64,000 nucleotides of DNA. Origin: Octopus sinensis (taxonomy: Eukaryota). The notes below the pieces were generated by a model. The model was not told the DNA's origin, did not search any database, and was given only the letters and a program-made list of their open reading frames with translations. The stretch is from assembly GCF_006345805.1 (NCBI RefSeq), contig NC_042997.1:30566001-30630000 (forward strand), written 5' to 3'. Both the position numbers and the translations under genes were made by a program. The stretch's first letter is position 1. Each line of letters opens with the position of its first letter. Of the stretch, positions 1 to 13,325 are shown piece after piece.

Positions 1-769
1 TCAGAATAGCGTCGAAGAGAAGCCTTACCTTCGAATCAATGGAGACAGACGGAGAGATAGATAGGGGAAAGAGTGGGTGGGAGGTTGTTGTTTTTTAAAA
101 CTTTTTTCTGTAAGCTTATTGTTCTATATGAAAAGTATCTCTAACCTTTTTTCTAAAACGCGGAGAGACAAGATGCGAATCTAACAACTGAAGGATCGCG
201 GTTTCATCTAATTTCGTTCAATCAGCTCTGATGCAACTAGAATCACGCATGCAATCACTGACAGAGCATTGATCATTATCTAGATTGAATTATCCGATTG
301 TGGAAATTAATGAGAACATATCCAAATGCCCTGTACTGTATTACCATTTGTGTTACATAATTTTCTGCGAACACTTCTGAACTAAATCTATCATCGACTG
401 ATATTAGACGACACTGATCTGATTAAATGTTGATTCTACTTCTTTTAATGGAACTTGCATGCGTCTATATATTTGTGTACAGTTTTGTGTGTATGTGTCT
501 GTGTGTGTGTGTGTGTGTGGTGTGTGTGTGTGTGTGTGTGTGTGTGTAAGCATTTTCCATGACTTTAGTATACTATTTCAAAAATACATTCAAACATAAA
601 TTGCTTCAACGGAAAAGCAGGCTCGGGTTACCAACTAAATGATCACAAACATATTACTCAAAGTACTAGAATTCGGAGCATTTCAGATATAATGTATCAA
701 AGAATATTCCACACTCAATACGAATTTCCTAATTTATCACTTATATAATATATATATATATATTTAAAA

Positions 770-1012
770 TAATAGCCAAACGCCCCCAGTCCAATGGACG
801 GTGCTGATGTACTTGCGCGTACAAACGCACGTTCCCACGGCTTTATCGATCGCATTCTCACCTGGAATCGATTTTTGTAATTTTTTCAAGACTTATACAC
901 GCCCTGATACCGTCGGTATCTACATATCAAATTTGAGCGCAATCGGATGGAGGATGCCCGAGATCCTATAAGACACACACACAGATAGACAGAACGGATT
1001 TTATATAATAGA
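770..1012 (-). mobile_element. Possible Helitron-like 5' fragment
   Basis: TCTATTATATAAAA..CTGTCTATCTGTGTGTG start; no CTAG end seen. Confidence 0.35.
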
Positions 1013-1265
1013 CTAAACATGCCTGCCTCTAGAAGAAAGAGGACTAATGCTTAGGTAGAGTATGGATTTTATTGACAGCAGACTCCTTTACAGCGACTGA
1101 CCAATTTCATCTAGTAATAAGCCTAGTGAACCACCGTGAGGAACCATACATCGAATTCTCTCCCTCTACATATGTGTGTGTGTACATACACGTGCATACT
1201 ATATACACTTTCTTGATCTCCTCTAAATCTGACTCTCCTCTTCTTCTTTCTTGCTTAATACTCTT

Positions 1266-1674
1266 TACTCTTTTTACTCTTTTACTTGTTTCAGTCATTT
1301 GACTGCGGCCATGCTGGAGCACCGCCTTTAGTCGAGCAAATCGACCCCGGGACTTATTCTTTGTAAGCCCAGTACTTATTCTATCGGTCTCTTTTTGCCG
1401 AATCGCTAAGTGACGGGGACGTAAACACACCAGCATCGGTTGTCAAGCAATGCTAGGGGGACAAACACAGACACACAAACACACACACACATATATATAT
1501 ATACATATATACGACAGGCTTCTTTCAGTTTCCGTCTACCAAATCCACTCACAAGGCATTGGTCGGCCCGGGGCTATAGCAGAAGACACTTGCCCAAGAT
1601 GCCACGCAGTGGGACTGAACCCGGAACCATGTGGTTGGTTAGCAAGCTACTTACCACACAGCCACTCCTGCGCC
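1266..1674 (-). mobile_element. tRNA-derived SINE family A (about 410 bp, internal TA/TG microsatellite)
   Basis: Head GGCGCAGGAGTGGCTGTGTGGTAAG..GGTTCAGTCCC (A/B boxes), tail GGCGGTGCTCCAGCATGGCCGCAGTCAAATGACTGAAACAAGTAAAAGAG; eight near-full copies in the window. Confidence 0.9.
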
Positions 1675-2148
1675 TATAATCTCTCTAATATTTTTATGTA
1701 CGATGTGAGTACATCAATGTGTAACGGAATGTTGTATGTGCGTATGTGTAGGTTCGTGCGTATTACTCGTGCATAAATTTGTACCTTTCACCTGTTGATT
1801 CCCACAAAGTCTATTTATTCTTGCTTAACAAATCACCTTCCGATTTAATCCGCGTTGTATTAATTTTATCTCATTTATCTTCACTCTCTCATATATTTTC
1901 ATCTCAAATCCCTTTTTTATTTCTTTAATCTCATCTAGCCACTTTACTTTTCTCTCCTATCTTCTCTCTTTCCCTCTCACACACTCACTCACGTTCTCAT
2001 CTTGTCTCTCTTTTGTAAACTTTCAGCTCTGTATACCCATGCTCCTTTTCAGGTCATCGTCCTACAACACCCACGAAATTCAACGCTCAGATTTCCAAAA
2101 CACATCTCTTAATTTTATGAAATCTGTGTCTACTTATCTCGTGTCTAC

Positions 2149-2710
2149 GTATTTCGTCCACCGCTGCGTTCTGAGTTCAAATTCCGTCGAGGTCGACTTT
2201 GCTTGTCATCCTTTCGGGGTCGATAAATTAAGTACCAGTTACGCACTGGGGTCGATACAATCGACTTAATCCGTTTGTCTGTCCTTGTTTGTCCCCTCTG
2301 TGTTTAGCCCCTTGTGGGTAGTAAAGAAATAGGTATTTCACCTGTCTTTGTGTTCTGAGTTCAAATTCCGCCGAGGTCGATTTTGCTTCTTATCCTTTCG
2401 GGGTCAATAAAATTAGTATTAGTCAAGTATTTGAGTCGACGAAATCGAGTAGCCCCCTCCCACCAAAATTTCAGCCCTGTGCCTGTAGGGGAAAATTATT
2501 AAAGGCGACGACATGGCAAAAGCGTTAGCACACTGAACAAAATCCTAAGCGGTATTTCGTTCGTCTTTAAGTTCTGAGTTCAAATTACGCCGAGGTCTAC
2601 TCTGCCTGTTCTCTTCTCAGAATGGATGAAATAAATAGAAGTTGAGCACTGGGTTTGATGTAATCTACGAGTCCCTTCCCTCAAAAAATTTCTGACCTTG
2701 TGCCTATAGC
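2149..2710 (+). mobile_element. Cluster of three SINE family B copies (Deu/Nin-like central domain)
   Basis: Repeated GTTCTGAGTTCAAATTCCGCCGAGGTCGACTTTGCCTTTCATCCTTTCGGGGTCGATAAA..AGTACCAG core. Confidence 0.85.
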
Positions 2711-2803
2711 AGACAAGATTGGTAGGATTATTCTCGTTGATGTTGTAGTTCATATTTCCGTTACTTAATACGAATATTTATTTTTGATTTCTGTTCTTTG
2801 CAG

Positions 2804-2929
2804 GATCTTTGCAGTCAATTGTGGTGTGTGAAAGGTAACCAACCATGCAACAGCGGATTATTTCCAGCGGCTGCTGGAACACCATGTGGTAGAAGTGTTT
2901 TTGACAAAAGTCGTGGCAGTCCTCAGTTG
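2804..2929 (+). CDS. ADAMTS exon: disintegrin-like domain DLCSQLWCVKGNQPCNSGLFPAAAGTPCGRSVFDKSRGSPQL
   Basis: Acceptor ttctttgcag, donor gtaaat at 2930; CxxLWC...PAAxGTxCG motif; phase 0-0. Confidence 0.9.
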
Positions 2930-2994
2930 GTAAATATATATTGTGTTACGGTTATTTTTTTTTTAGGGTGGGGGACATTTTATTTTATAGTTGA

Positions 2995-3272
2995 AGGCGC
3001 GTGACTCAATTGTTAGCGTAGTCGGCTCACGATCATAAGATCGTCAGTTTGGTTTGCCAGCGGCGTATTGTATCCTTGAGCAAGACACTTTATCTCAAAG
3101 GGCCAGCTTTGTCACATTATGTGTCACGCTGAATCTCTTTGAGAACTACATTAAGGGTACGCGTGTCTGTGGAGGGCTTAGCCACTTGCACGTTTATCCC
3201 ACGAGTAGGCTATTCCATTGATCAGATCAATTGGAACTCACATCGTCGTAACCTACGGAGTGCCAGTTCCGG
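2995..3272 (+). mobile_element. SINE with family D head, CORE-like start and type 2 tail
   Basis: TCCTTGAGCAAGACACTTTAT CORE-like motif followed by the C2 tail. Confidence 0.75.
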
Positions 3273-3559
3273 CGGAATGCCAGTATACGCCGATATTTTT
3301 ATCAATCACGTTGCGTTCAAATTTTTTGCTTTCATGTTTACTTGGCAGATTATGCACTGTTTCTCACTTATAGTAAACCCTACATAACACTAAACCAGGT
3401 TTGAACAGTACTTATCCGTACCTAGTCATAGCATTGGCTTCCGTTTGGACGTCCTTGACGACTGTTAGACCCTAATTGATTTTCCTGCACCTTAATCTCT
3501 TATTACTATCTATTCTCTCTTCCACCTGATTCACTGTAAATAATTGTTCTTGCTTAATC

Positions 3560-3810
3560 TCAGATCTTGATTGATGTCATCTATGATCAGTAGCAATCCA
3601 GCTATGACAATCCCGTCGTTGTTTTCGTTGTTTAGACCCAAGTTAACACTTCTTCGAGCAAACCTATGTTGAAAGACGTTCTAACCGCGACCTTACCGTT
3701 ATTTTCCAACGTGTGCGTAACAGGACCATATTATCCAGTTTGTCCTTCTTTATGACTGCTGGGTGTAATTCTAGGAAGATTCTTGTTTGTAGTATTTCTA
3801 GCAGATGGAG
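3560..3810 (+). repeat. Old interspersed repeat family (further copies near 6330-6510, 31600-31890, 42500-42700, 53560-53790, 54090-54270, 55800)
   Basis: Recurrent degenerate motifs GAGCAGACCTATGATCAAAG, CATTATCCAATG and GATTTGGCTGCTATTTCTAGC. Confidence 0.6.
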
Positions 3811-3897
3811 CAGCCATAATGAACAATAGTCCGTATATACGAGTGTGTAATGATGTCAATTTCTCAGAAATTCAGACAATATGGTATACATACACTT

Positions 3898-4110
3898 AAG
3901 GCGGTGAGCTGGCAGAATTGTTAGAACAGCAGGCGAAAATGCTTAGTCGCATTTCGTCCGTCTTCACGTCCTAAGTTCAAATTCCGCCGTGGTCAACTTT
4001 GCTTTTATCCTCTCCGGGTCGATGAAATAAGTACCAGTTGAGTACTTGAGTCGATGCTATCGACTTACATCCTCCCTGAAATTGCTGGAATTGTGCCGAA
4101 ATTTGAAATC
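3898..4110 (+). mobile_element. SINE family B, older copy
   Basis: Head GGCGGTGAGCTGGCAGAA, same core, tail AAATTTGAAATC. Confidence 0.8.
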
Positions 4111-4543
4111 AATATAATATACATACATACATATATCATATTACATTGGTAATTGCTTCCAAGACTTGCAGCATAACTCGAGAAACAACGTAACATGAAA
4201 AATCATTTTTAGATATTCATTTGCTTATATTTGTTCCAGTAAATGGTTTGTACAATCTTGCACACGTATTTTATTTCATTTTCCACCCCAATATTGAATT
4301 TTAGGTGTTATTTTATAATTCTTTACGCTTTTAAATTTTCGTTGATACTGACGTGAAGTCAGATGAATCGACTGAAATTGAAGTTTTGAAAAAAAAATGA
4401 CGTAAAGTTGAAAAAGGCGTAACTCGAATCGACGAACGTTGACGTATGCCTATGTATATAAATATATATATATATATATATTAAACAAATCAGTAATGTG
4501 TGTGTTTTAATTATATTTGTACTCATGAGAAATCTTATCTATA

Positions 4544-5090
4544 CTCGGTCATTCCATAAATAATACGGGTTTTTTATCTTGTTTTTCAAAATTAAAATAA
4601 AGTTCGTTTTTAATCCACAATATACTTTCCTTCATTTTCTACAATGTTCTTCCATCTATCTGGTAGATTTGCAAGGCCCCGCTTCCAAAATTCACTTGTC
4701 CGTAACGAAAAATACTCCTCCACTACTATTCTGAGATCGTCTACAGAATTCATATTTTTTCCGTCCAAATGGAAATGGAACAAATTGGTAATCCGATGGG
4801 GCAATGTCATTCTCGGAATTCCTTTGGAATGTCATTCTCGTTGATTGTGGCCGAGCATTATTCTGATGGAAGAACACCTTTCATCTTGAAACCAAAGATG
4901 GTCGTTTTCCGATGGCACGCAGATGTGGATGAACGGTTCAATGACAAAATCCAAGCTACTTTGCATGTTTCTCAACAGTTACGATAGGATTTTGTCCACC
5001 AGGGTTTGCAGGACGTCCTCGTCGAGCTCTACAGATCTTCCAGGACGATGCTCGTCTACTAGGCTGTAGTTTCCGGCTCGGGAATCACCG
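4544..5090 (-). mobile_element. Mariner transposase 3' remnant
   Basis: FHQNNARP, DIAPSDY, HLDGK..RGLANLPDRWKNIVENEGKYIVD*. Confidence 0.85.
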
Positions 5091-5130
5091 TTGACTCTCG
5101 GTTACGCTTATTGTCGGATCCCTATATACT

Positions 5131-5442
5131 AGGGTTAGGTTCAGGGGTGGGGAAGGGTATCTTTTTTTCTTCACAAATGTAAATAAACCCGATGTTTTTC
5201 TTAAACGAGAGACATATTCATACGGCACAGAATGCTTTTTAACTCATTAGACGTCACTGGTTGGTTGAAATTGCAGAAATTGAAGGAAAAAAACAACAAA
5301 TATCTTACAAACTATAGAATTTTCTCAATAAAGCCAAGAGAAAAAGATGTTTTATAAACACATTCTACCAGTATACGAAGTTTAAAATTTTTTAGCTACC
5401 TAGAAATTATGTTAAAAACTGCCGTTCAAACCGAAAAGATCC
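5131..5442. mobile_element. One-ended copy of the 54818 MITE
   Basis: About 300 bp of reverse-complement homology with one TIR. Confidence 0.8.
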
Positions 5443-5493
5443 AAAATTTGTGTTTGCTTATATTTTATTGTATTTTATTTACATTCTTTTTAG

Positions 5494-5669
5494 TGGTGTC
5501 TCGATTACAAATGTGTCCCAAAGGATCCGAATTTTAAATTTAAAGATCTAGAGAATTTCCAAGGTTCGTATATCAATGGATACTGGGAGAACTGGTCAGC
5601 TTGGTCTGGATGTCCAACAGAGTGTGGTGGTGGAATACGTATGAGAACACGTCTTTGTCTGAAACGACA
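5494..5669 (+). CDS. ADAMTS exon: end of disintegrin-like domain and start of central TSR (WCLDYKCV...GYWENWSAWSGCPTECGGGIRMRTRLCLKR)
   Basis: Acceptor ttcttttttag, donor gtaagt; WxxWxxW and CxxxCGGG motifs; phase 0-2; not listed in the ORF track. Confidence 0.95.
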
Positions 5670-5725
5670 GTAAGTCATTATTATTTAAAAAACATTTAAA
5701 TTCATTGATATTATTAATTATTCTA

Positions 5726-6181
5726 AGGCGGCGAACTGGCAGAATCATCAGCACGCTGTGCAAAATGTTTGGCGGCATTTTGAAGGCGGCGAGCTGGCAG
5801 AAACATTAGCACGTCGGGCGAAATGCTTAGCGGTATTTCGGCTGCCGTTACGTTGTGAGTTCAAATTCCGCCCAGGTCGACTTTGCCTTTCATCCTTTCG
5901 GGGTCGATAAATTAAGTACCAGTTACGCACTGGGGTCGATGTAATCGACTTAATACCTATGTCTGTCCTTGTTTGTCCCCTCTATGTTTAGCCCCTTGTA
6001 GGCAATAAAGAAATAGGCATTTTGTCCGTCTTTACGTTCTGAGTTCAAATTCTGCCGAGGCCGACTTTGCCTTTCTTCCTTTGGGGGGGCGATAAAATAA
6101 ATTTAAGCTGAGCACTGGGGTCAATGTAATAGACTTATCCCCGTACCTCGAATTTGCTGTCCTTGGGCCAAACTTTGAAAT
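5726..6181 (+). mobile_element. Young SINE B (5783-6015) nested in an older SINE B
   Basis: 9-bp target-site duplication GGCATTTTG at 5774-5782 and 6016-6024. Confidence 0.9.
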
Positions 6182-6741
6182 CGAAATTATTTAGTCTTAT
6201 TTCAAAATAATAATTATCATATAAATTGCAAATTTATAAAGGGGGTTGTACTCGAGTTAGCTGTATTGTCAAGCATATTTTATAAACCAAAACAATTAGG
6301 GTCACCAGACCACGCAGAGATACGTTCGTTGCTTAAAAAATAGTTGCCTAATCTCCCTCAAAACCTATCATATCGTCCGAAAGGAGACAGAAGTTAACGC
6401 AGTCCTGACTACATTATGTACTTCTATAGAGAAGACAGGATGATCACGGCTGGAACGTTTTTGATCATAGATCTGTTCAGTCAAAGATAACTTTGAGCTA
6501 AACATCAATTAGGATCAAGTTAATGGTGGAACTTAACCTGCTATAAATTACGACCAAACTTTTCTCAAATCACATTCTATTGTCTTAAGAGTGCAATGAA
6601 AAATTTACGTTTGAAAACAAAACGAGAGGGCATGTTTGGAATGCCTTTTATCGCAGCTCTACCCAATAAAAGCTGGCTTGGTGCTAAACAAGAAATGATG
6701 CTAAGTTCGAACTTATAACATAAAAGCACGAAACAGTGTGT

Positions 6742-6896
6742 CAGGGGCGGACCCAAGGGAGGAGTGAGGAGCACGTGTCCCCCTCAAGAAAAGAAGTGCG
6801 CCCTTCTAAATACTGTTTTTACACTATTTTCTCCTGGAATTGTATTCCCTTCTAACCCTGTGCCCTTCCTTCGAAAAATCCCTGGGATCGCGCCTG
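6742..6896. mobile_element. hAT-like MITE
   Basis: CAGGGGCGGACCCA ... TGGGATCGCGCCTG imperfect TIRs; no TSD seen. Confidence 0.45.
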
Positions 6897-7042
6897 TATA
6901 TTGCAAAACAGTTGCTTCTGCTATTTCACTGTCTTTGAAAATAATATAATTATCAATCATAAATTACGTGGCTAGTAAGCTCACAGTGAGCTACTATCGA
7001 TAATGTATTATCTTCTGAGCATCTGCTTTTATTTGCTAACTC

Positions 7043-7780
<738 letters not shown>

Positions 7781-7861
7781 TCATTTGTCTGTCCATGAAC
7801 ATTTTCCTTTTTTTTCTCTCTCATTCATTCATTCTTTTTTGCTCGTGTTGATGTTTTCTAG

Positions 7862-7925
7862 GCATCAAATAGGTAAACCTCGTTGCAATGGTCCCAGCGT
7901 GGAGCAAGGTGTATGCAATCTGAAC
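7862..7925 (+). CDS. ADAMTS exon: TSR1 3' part (HQIGKPRCNGPSVEQGVCNLN)
   Basis: Acceptor gttttctag, donor gtaagt; G..C.G......CN motif; phase 2-0. Confidence 0.93.
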
Positions 7926-9821
7926 GTAAGTCTTGTATATTTGCCAAATCTAGTTTGTGGAATTGATTCACTATTCTTGCATTGATTTAAAAGGTCACCA
8001 TCTATCATTGTTATTTATGAGATTCAAACTTTTCGGGAACTACCCATTTATGTACAATGTCTAGATTAAGATGACATTATTTGCAATGTTATTTTGTTCG
8101 ATAATTTTGGAGCGTTTATTGCAGAACTTCATTTCTATCATATATATTTATTGTGTTAGTTAATGAGAATACGGCTAAGCCTTTCGGAAGCTGAAGAAGC
8201 TTGTCTTTCATACAACGCACTGCCCGCAATAGAGAAAGAAAAATATACAGCATTTTATATTATCTATGCAAGAATGTTGATTGGCATAATCGTTAGAGCG
8301 TTAGTCGAAATGCCATGCTATATTTCTTCTGGCTCTTTACGTTTTGAGTTCAAATTCCGTCGTTGTCAACTTTGCTTTCATCCCTCTAGGATCAATAAAA
8401 TAAAATACCAGTGAGATGTGGTGTTCGATGTCCTTAACGAGATAACTCATCTCAAAATTGCTGGCCTTGTATCTAAATTAGAAACAATTTATTTTGTATA
8501 TGTTCACGACTTCAGATCGTGGAGTAAGTTATACTATGGACTATATCACATCTAAAATAAAATATATGTGTTATTACTAGAAATTTAGGTTCCCTTAGCA
8601 ATTTTGTTTTATTATATCCTCTCCTGATTTTCGTTTTTTCTTTGGAGTAAATTCCAATCGGGCTTCAATTGACTAAATATATTTCTCATTAATATAGACT
8701 TCTAAAACTCTCGAATTGAAAGAAATAATAAAGCTGATTTAATTTCCTAGAAACTATGCCTGGCCCTTAATAAACTCTTGTGGGATTTTAATTAATTTCA
8801 TATCTGTCAAACTTAAGGCACTGTTCTTATTAGAAGGATAAATATTTTTACAAACTCAGCAACAGTGTTTTAATCAATCGCAGCTGAAATATTTATTGAG
8901 GGTGTTTTTTTTCAAGAGACTCTGCTAATTTATTGTAATAAAAGCTGTGCCCCAGAATGGCCACAGTCCAATAATTGAAGCAAATGGTAAAAGACAGCAA
9001 CTGAGACAAAATTGTCCTTTTTAAATTTGTTTTTGCCTTTCCACTAATCTCTGTGATCCATAGAGCTAACACCGATCTTCGGTGTCTGTAACATTTAATG
9101 AATGAAAGATTAATGTTTTCTAATAGAACGGATGTAGGATGCGAGGTCTGCCTCTCGTACTGGAAGAATTGAACTCAGTACGGCAAAACATCGAAATACT
9201 TATCAATTTTATGAAGCATCCTTTGTTTAGAACGATAAAGTGACCACTCAAGGTCGTCACCGGAGCTTCTAGAATTAGTTACGAAATGTTCCACAAACTA
9301 CACTCCACTGTCTTACAGAAAGGGAAAAATATTGATGATGATGTAATTTGAGGTAGGTTATGCTTAAAAAAACGAGGTGGAATATGTTTTATCAGAGATT
9401 TGTTCAGTTAGTTCCGTCTTGGGGCCAAACAACGACAATTTATAGTAAGTGGTTTCTGACATGCCTTATCCAAGGTAATCACATAGCGCCTGATAATGCG
9501 GTTCGAAGTTTGATATCTTTATCAGCGTAGCTATCTGGTCTCAGTGTTAAACATTACTTTCCAGTTTTGTACGAAAAGTATGACTTGTTGCTTTTAAACT
9601 GCAGTCGATCATTAGTCAAATTAATCGATCATTCCAGCGGTATCCATCCCGTCAGTCTTGCTCTGATTTGAGAGAGATTTGGCCGCTATTTCTTGAGAGT
9701 CAAGTTGCTACATAGTCTCTCTCAATAGCTCTAATATGACTTCGTTTTCTGTACTAATAACGATTATTTTGTCATCGTAAAGCGTTTTGTGGCCTATATA
9801 TATATATATATATGTGTGTGT

Positions 9822-10122
9822 GGAGGCGCAATGGCCCAGTGGTTAGGGCAGCGGACTCGCGGTCGTAGGATTGCGGTTTCGATTCCCAGACCGGGCGTTG
9901 TGGCGTTGTGAGTGTTTATTGAGCGAAAACACCTAAAAGCTCCACGACGCTCCGGCAGGGGGTGATGATCCCTGCTGTACTCTTTCGCCACTCTTTCTTC
10001 TGTTGGCCTGCTCGCTTAGCCAGCGGGGTGGCGTCATTCAAAGGCTAAAACAATGCGAACGCATTGTGACCAGCGATGTGTAACAACATCTGATGGTCTG
10101 GTCGGTCATGTGATTACGTGAT
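9822..10122 (+). mobile_element. SINE family C, tail type 1
   Basis: Head GGAGGCGCAATGGCCCAGTGGTTAGGGCAGCGGACTCGCGG; tail ending in (C/T)ACGTGAT-like repeats; close to 63313-63602. Confidence 0.88.
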
Positions 10123-10149
10123 ATATCTATCTATATATATATATATATA

Positions 10150-10500
10150 TATGATGGACTCTCCTGTCGGTTTCGACGTATGAAGCTCAGACAACGTACT
10201 CTTTCTTTATCAGTCATAATGCTTATGTCGGATGTGACATTTATGTCCTGCCAACGATTTACAACGATTACAGAGCAGTGTAGGTGGTATATTTGCAGTC
10301 ACTTTTCTCTTTTGCCTTGCACCTTGAAGCCTATTAATGCAAGTTGCAACCAAGTTTTTAATACCATTTGGACACAACCATCTCCATTTTGTTCGTACCA
10401 AGGCTGTTCGCTCAAAGGTGTTGTGAGCTACCTCCATCACTAAGATATATGTGTAGTGCTTGCCAGAGGTACGTGAAGATTTCTCCGTGTAACGGATAGT
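10150..10500 (-). mobile_element. RTE-clade LINE 3' fragment
   Basis: ORF end ...RQKRK..LLCNRCKSLAGHKCHIRHKH (C-terminal CCHH-like), short UTR ending CCATCAT. Confidence 0.6.
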
Positions 10501-10916
10501 TACCCATGAACCAATAAATATACACAGCTCATAACAAAAAAAGTGATATCCAGTTCTAATGGCATGACAAGCTGTGATGACTTAGAAACTCTGGTTTTGA
10601 GCTGAGATTATATTCTCAAATACACAAGATAGGAATCGAATTCAACACTGCAAGATAACGAAACGATTTTGCACTGATGTGGTAGTGTTCTTTTGCATTT
10701 GATTTTTACCGTATTAGTTGGTTTAAAAAACGCACGGGTATAATTGACGCACCCCGCTTTCAGCAGATTATATTCAGAGTCAGGAAAAGAATTAGTTTAT
10801 GGGAGGTCCATCTTTGTATATAGAACCCAAGGTGGTAATGTGAGACTTTGGGAGCAAATGAGGAAGAAAGTGTGTTTTACATAGCATCAATTACGAGACA
10901 TTAATATAGTAATTGC

Positions 10917-11217
10917 GGAGGCGCAATGGCCCAGTGGTTAGGGGAGCGGACTCGCGGTCGGAGCATCGCGGTTTCGATTCCCAGACCGGGCGTTGTGTGT
11001 GTTTATTGAGCAAAATCACCTAAAACTCCACGAGGCTCCGGCAGGGGGGCTGGGGGTTGCGACCCCTGTTGTACTCCTTCACCCAAACTTTCTCTCACTC
11101 TCTCTTCCTGTTTCTTGAATAACGCTGCGATTGATTGGCGTCCCGTCCAGCTGGGGAGGGGGGGGGGAACACACGCCACAGAAACCGGGAAACCGGGCCC
11201 ATGCCTAGGGCGCATAA
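10917..11217 (+). mobile_element. SINE family C, tail type 3 (V-domain-like)
   Basis: Same head; CTGCGAT..TGGCGTCCCGTCCAG body, tail GAAACCGGGCCCATG. Confidence 0.8.
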
Positions 11218-11401
11218 AACATTTTTTAAATTAAAATAGTGTAATTAAACAGAGCGAAAGCAGTGTTAGTGACCGGTGACGAACCCTTAAATTCTCAAAC
11301 CATTTCTCTGTTACCTTAAAGTTTAGTTATAGTTCTATCGAGAGGATCAAGAAAGACCGTTTAGCAATTGAGACAAGTCAAAATATATTTTTACGGTATA
11401 A

Positions 11402-11799
11402 TCTTTATATATAAAAGTCAAGTTGTGTGTCTGTCTCCTACGATTTAGATTCCTAACTACTCCCACATTTTGCGGTGCAGTTTAACCAAAACCGGGTATC
11501 TTATAGTCGTGATTCATATCGAGCCCTTCTGGGTATTAGCGCGCGTCTACGATGAGTCTACGATTAAAAAAAAAAATTACCATCATTTTTTTCCATTTTA
11601 ATGCATTTTTTCGCTATTATATAAGGGAAGTAACTCTCTAAAAATGTCTACGATGAGTCAATGATTAAAAAAAAAATTTACCATCATTTTTTTTCCATCT
11701 TTAATGCATTTTTTTGCTATTTTTTGGCTATAACTCTCTAAAATTGCTTATATAGTTATTTCCCTTACAAACCCGAGCAACGCCGGGCGATACTGCTAG
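11402..11799 (+). mobile_element. Non-autonomous Helitron
   Basis: A|TC 5' end; CCCGAGCAACGCCGGG hairpin 8 nt before CTAG|T; internal 100-bp duplication; near-identical to 62243-62630. Confidence 0.85.
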
Positions 11800-11906
11800 T
11801 TATAAATAAAAATTGTGAAGCTTTGAAATAAACAGAACTCAATTTCGAAAAGACTTCTTTGTATTTGAGCATGTTTCTGATATGTCTATTAATTAAACTT
11901 TTACAG

Positions 11907-12018
11907 AAATGTCGTCCGGGTATACCAGATCCCAGGGAAAAACAATGCAGGTCGTTCAACGGAAAGGTTTATATGGGAGCAAGATGGATATGGAGCGCTT
12001 ATAGGGAATTCAATTTTG
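11907..12018 (+). CDS. ADAMTS exon: start of Cys-rich domain (KCRPGIPDPREKQCRSFNGKVYMGARWIWSAYREFNF)
   Basis: Acceptor cttttacag, donor gttggt; D-R--QC--FN---Y-G--W-W pattern; phase 0-1 bridges its neighbours. Confidence 0.92.
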
Positions 12019-12254
12019 GTTGGTACTAATTGATAATTAAGATGCAGTATTTCGAAAAACTAATTTTTATGTTTCTTTTTGTACTCATTTGTGTAGGGTT
12101 TTTGTTTTGCTTTTTTATTTGTTTTTTGTTTTGTTTTGTTGTTGTTTTTTTTCTCCCTTTTATTTTGTACTTATTCTTAATTTCGAGTTTTGATAGATGC
12201 GAAATAAAGAATGAACAATTTATTAACCAATTCATATTAAAAGGTTTCTTCTAG

Positions 12255-12440
<186 letters not shown>

Positions 12441-13285
12441 CCCTCTTACTCACTCACTCACACACAAACACACCATTTTTTTCTCCACTCAGCAAAATAT
12501 CCTGTTTACTTCTCTTTTTGCCCGTATGGGATGTTGTGGGCGCAAATACGTATGTTTGTATGCTTGTAAATGTAAGTATACATGTATATGTGTATGTGTA
12601 TACGCGTACGTATATTGTGTGAATATATATATATATGAGAGAGATTTGTACTACATGTTTAACAAACATATATTTAGCTCCATTGTAGTTAACCACATCC
12701 CTCTCCACGGCTAGGATGATGGAAGATCACATCCACTAGTTTCGCATTTCATTAAACATCCAGCCAAGAGAATGTTGTGATACCATTTACGAAAAATATA
12801 AGAACGGTTACATTTACATAGCGATGCAAAGTTGGCTGGCTACAGTAATAAAATGAAACACCGACACAGTATAGTTGAGATTAAATTTGTAATTAGTTTT
12901 GGCCGTATGTTTAATAAACATTTATTTAGACTCATTGAAAAAATTGACCCTGTAGTTCAATCATAAAATTGTCACCAGCCAGGTTTAGCGTTCGAATCAC
13001 ATAGTTTCGGCTTTCATTAAAGCATCGCCAGGATTCAGTTATTCATTGTAGTTTGTGATGTTTAATAGTTAATGGAATTTAAGGAAAAATTTAATAAGAA
13101 AAATAGGGAAAACAACAAAGGTCAAAAGGTCATACACAGTGAATATATTAGATTGATGCTCAGAGAAAGTTTAAGATGGAAAAAAAAGAGGTGGTGTGAC
13201 GTTTCGAATATGTCTCTTCATCAGAAAGAGGGAGAAATCCAGATAGAAGAAAAGAATTGTCCGAGAGAAGCATATGTGTATGTAC

Positions 13286-13325
<40 letters not shown>

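Noticed and set aside
590-750. Open frame as a candidate upstream ADAMTS exon
   Set aside because: No metalloprotease or disintegrin motif and no good splice sites; I found no ADAMTS exon in 1-2803
8163-8414. ORF with EACLSYNALP..KYTAFY resembling the first Cys-rich exon
   Set aside because: No phase-1 GT donor and no TSR-closing Cys; exon 11907-12018 fits motif and phase exactly. The 3' half is a decayed SINE B.
9822-9895. tRNA-like heads of SINE families A-D as tRNA genes
   Set aside because: They have A/B boxes but no complete cloverleaf and continue into SINE bodies with TSDs
12735-13035. Two TAGTTTCG..TTCATTAA motifs resembling hammerheads
   Set aside because: Core reads UUAAUGA and stems are missing; too decayed to call
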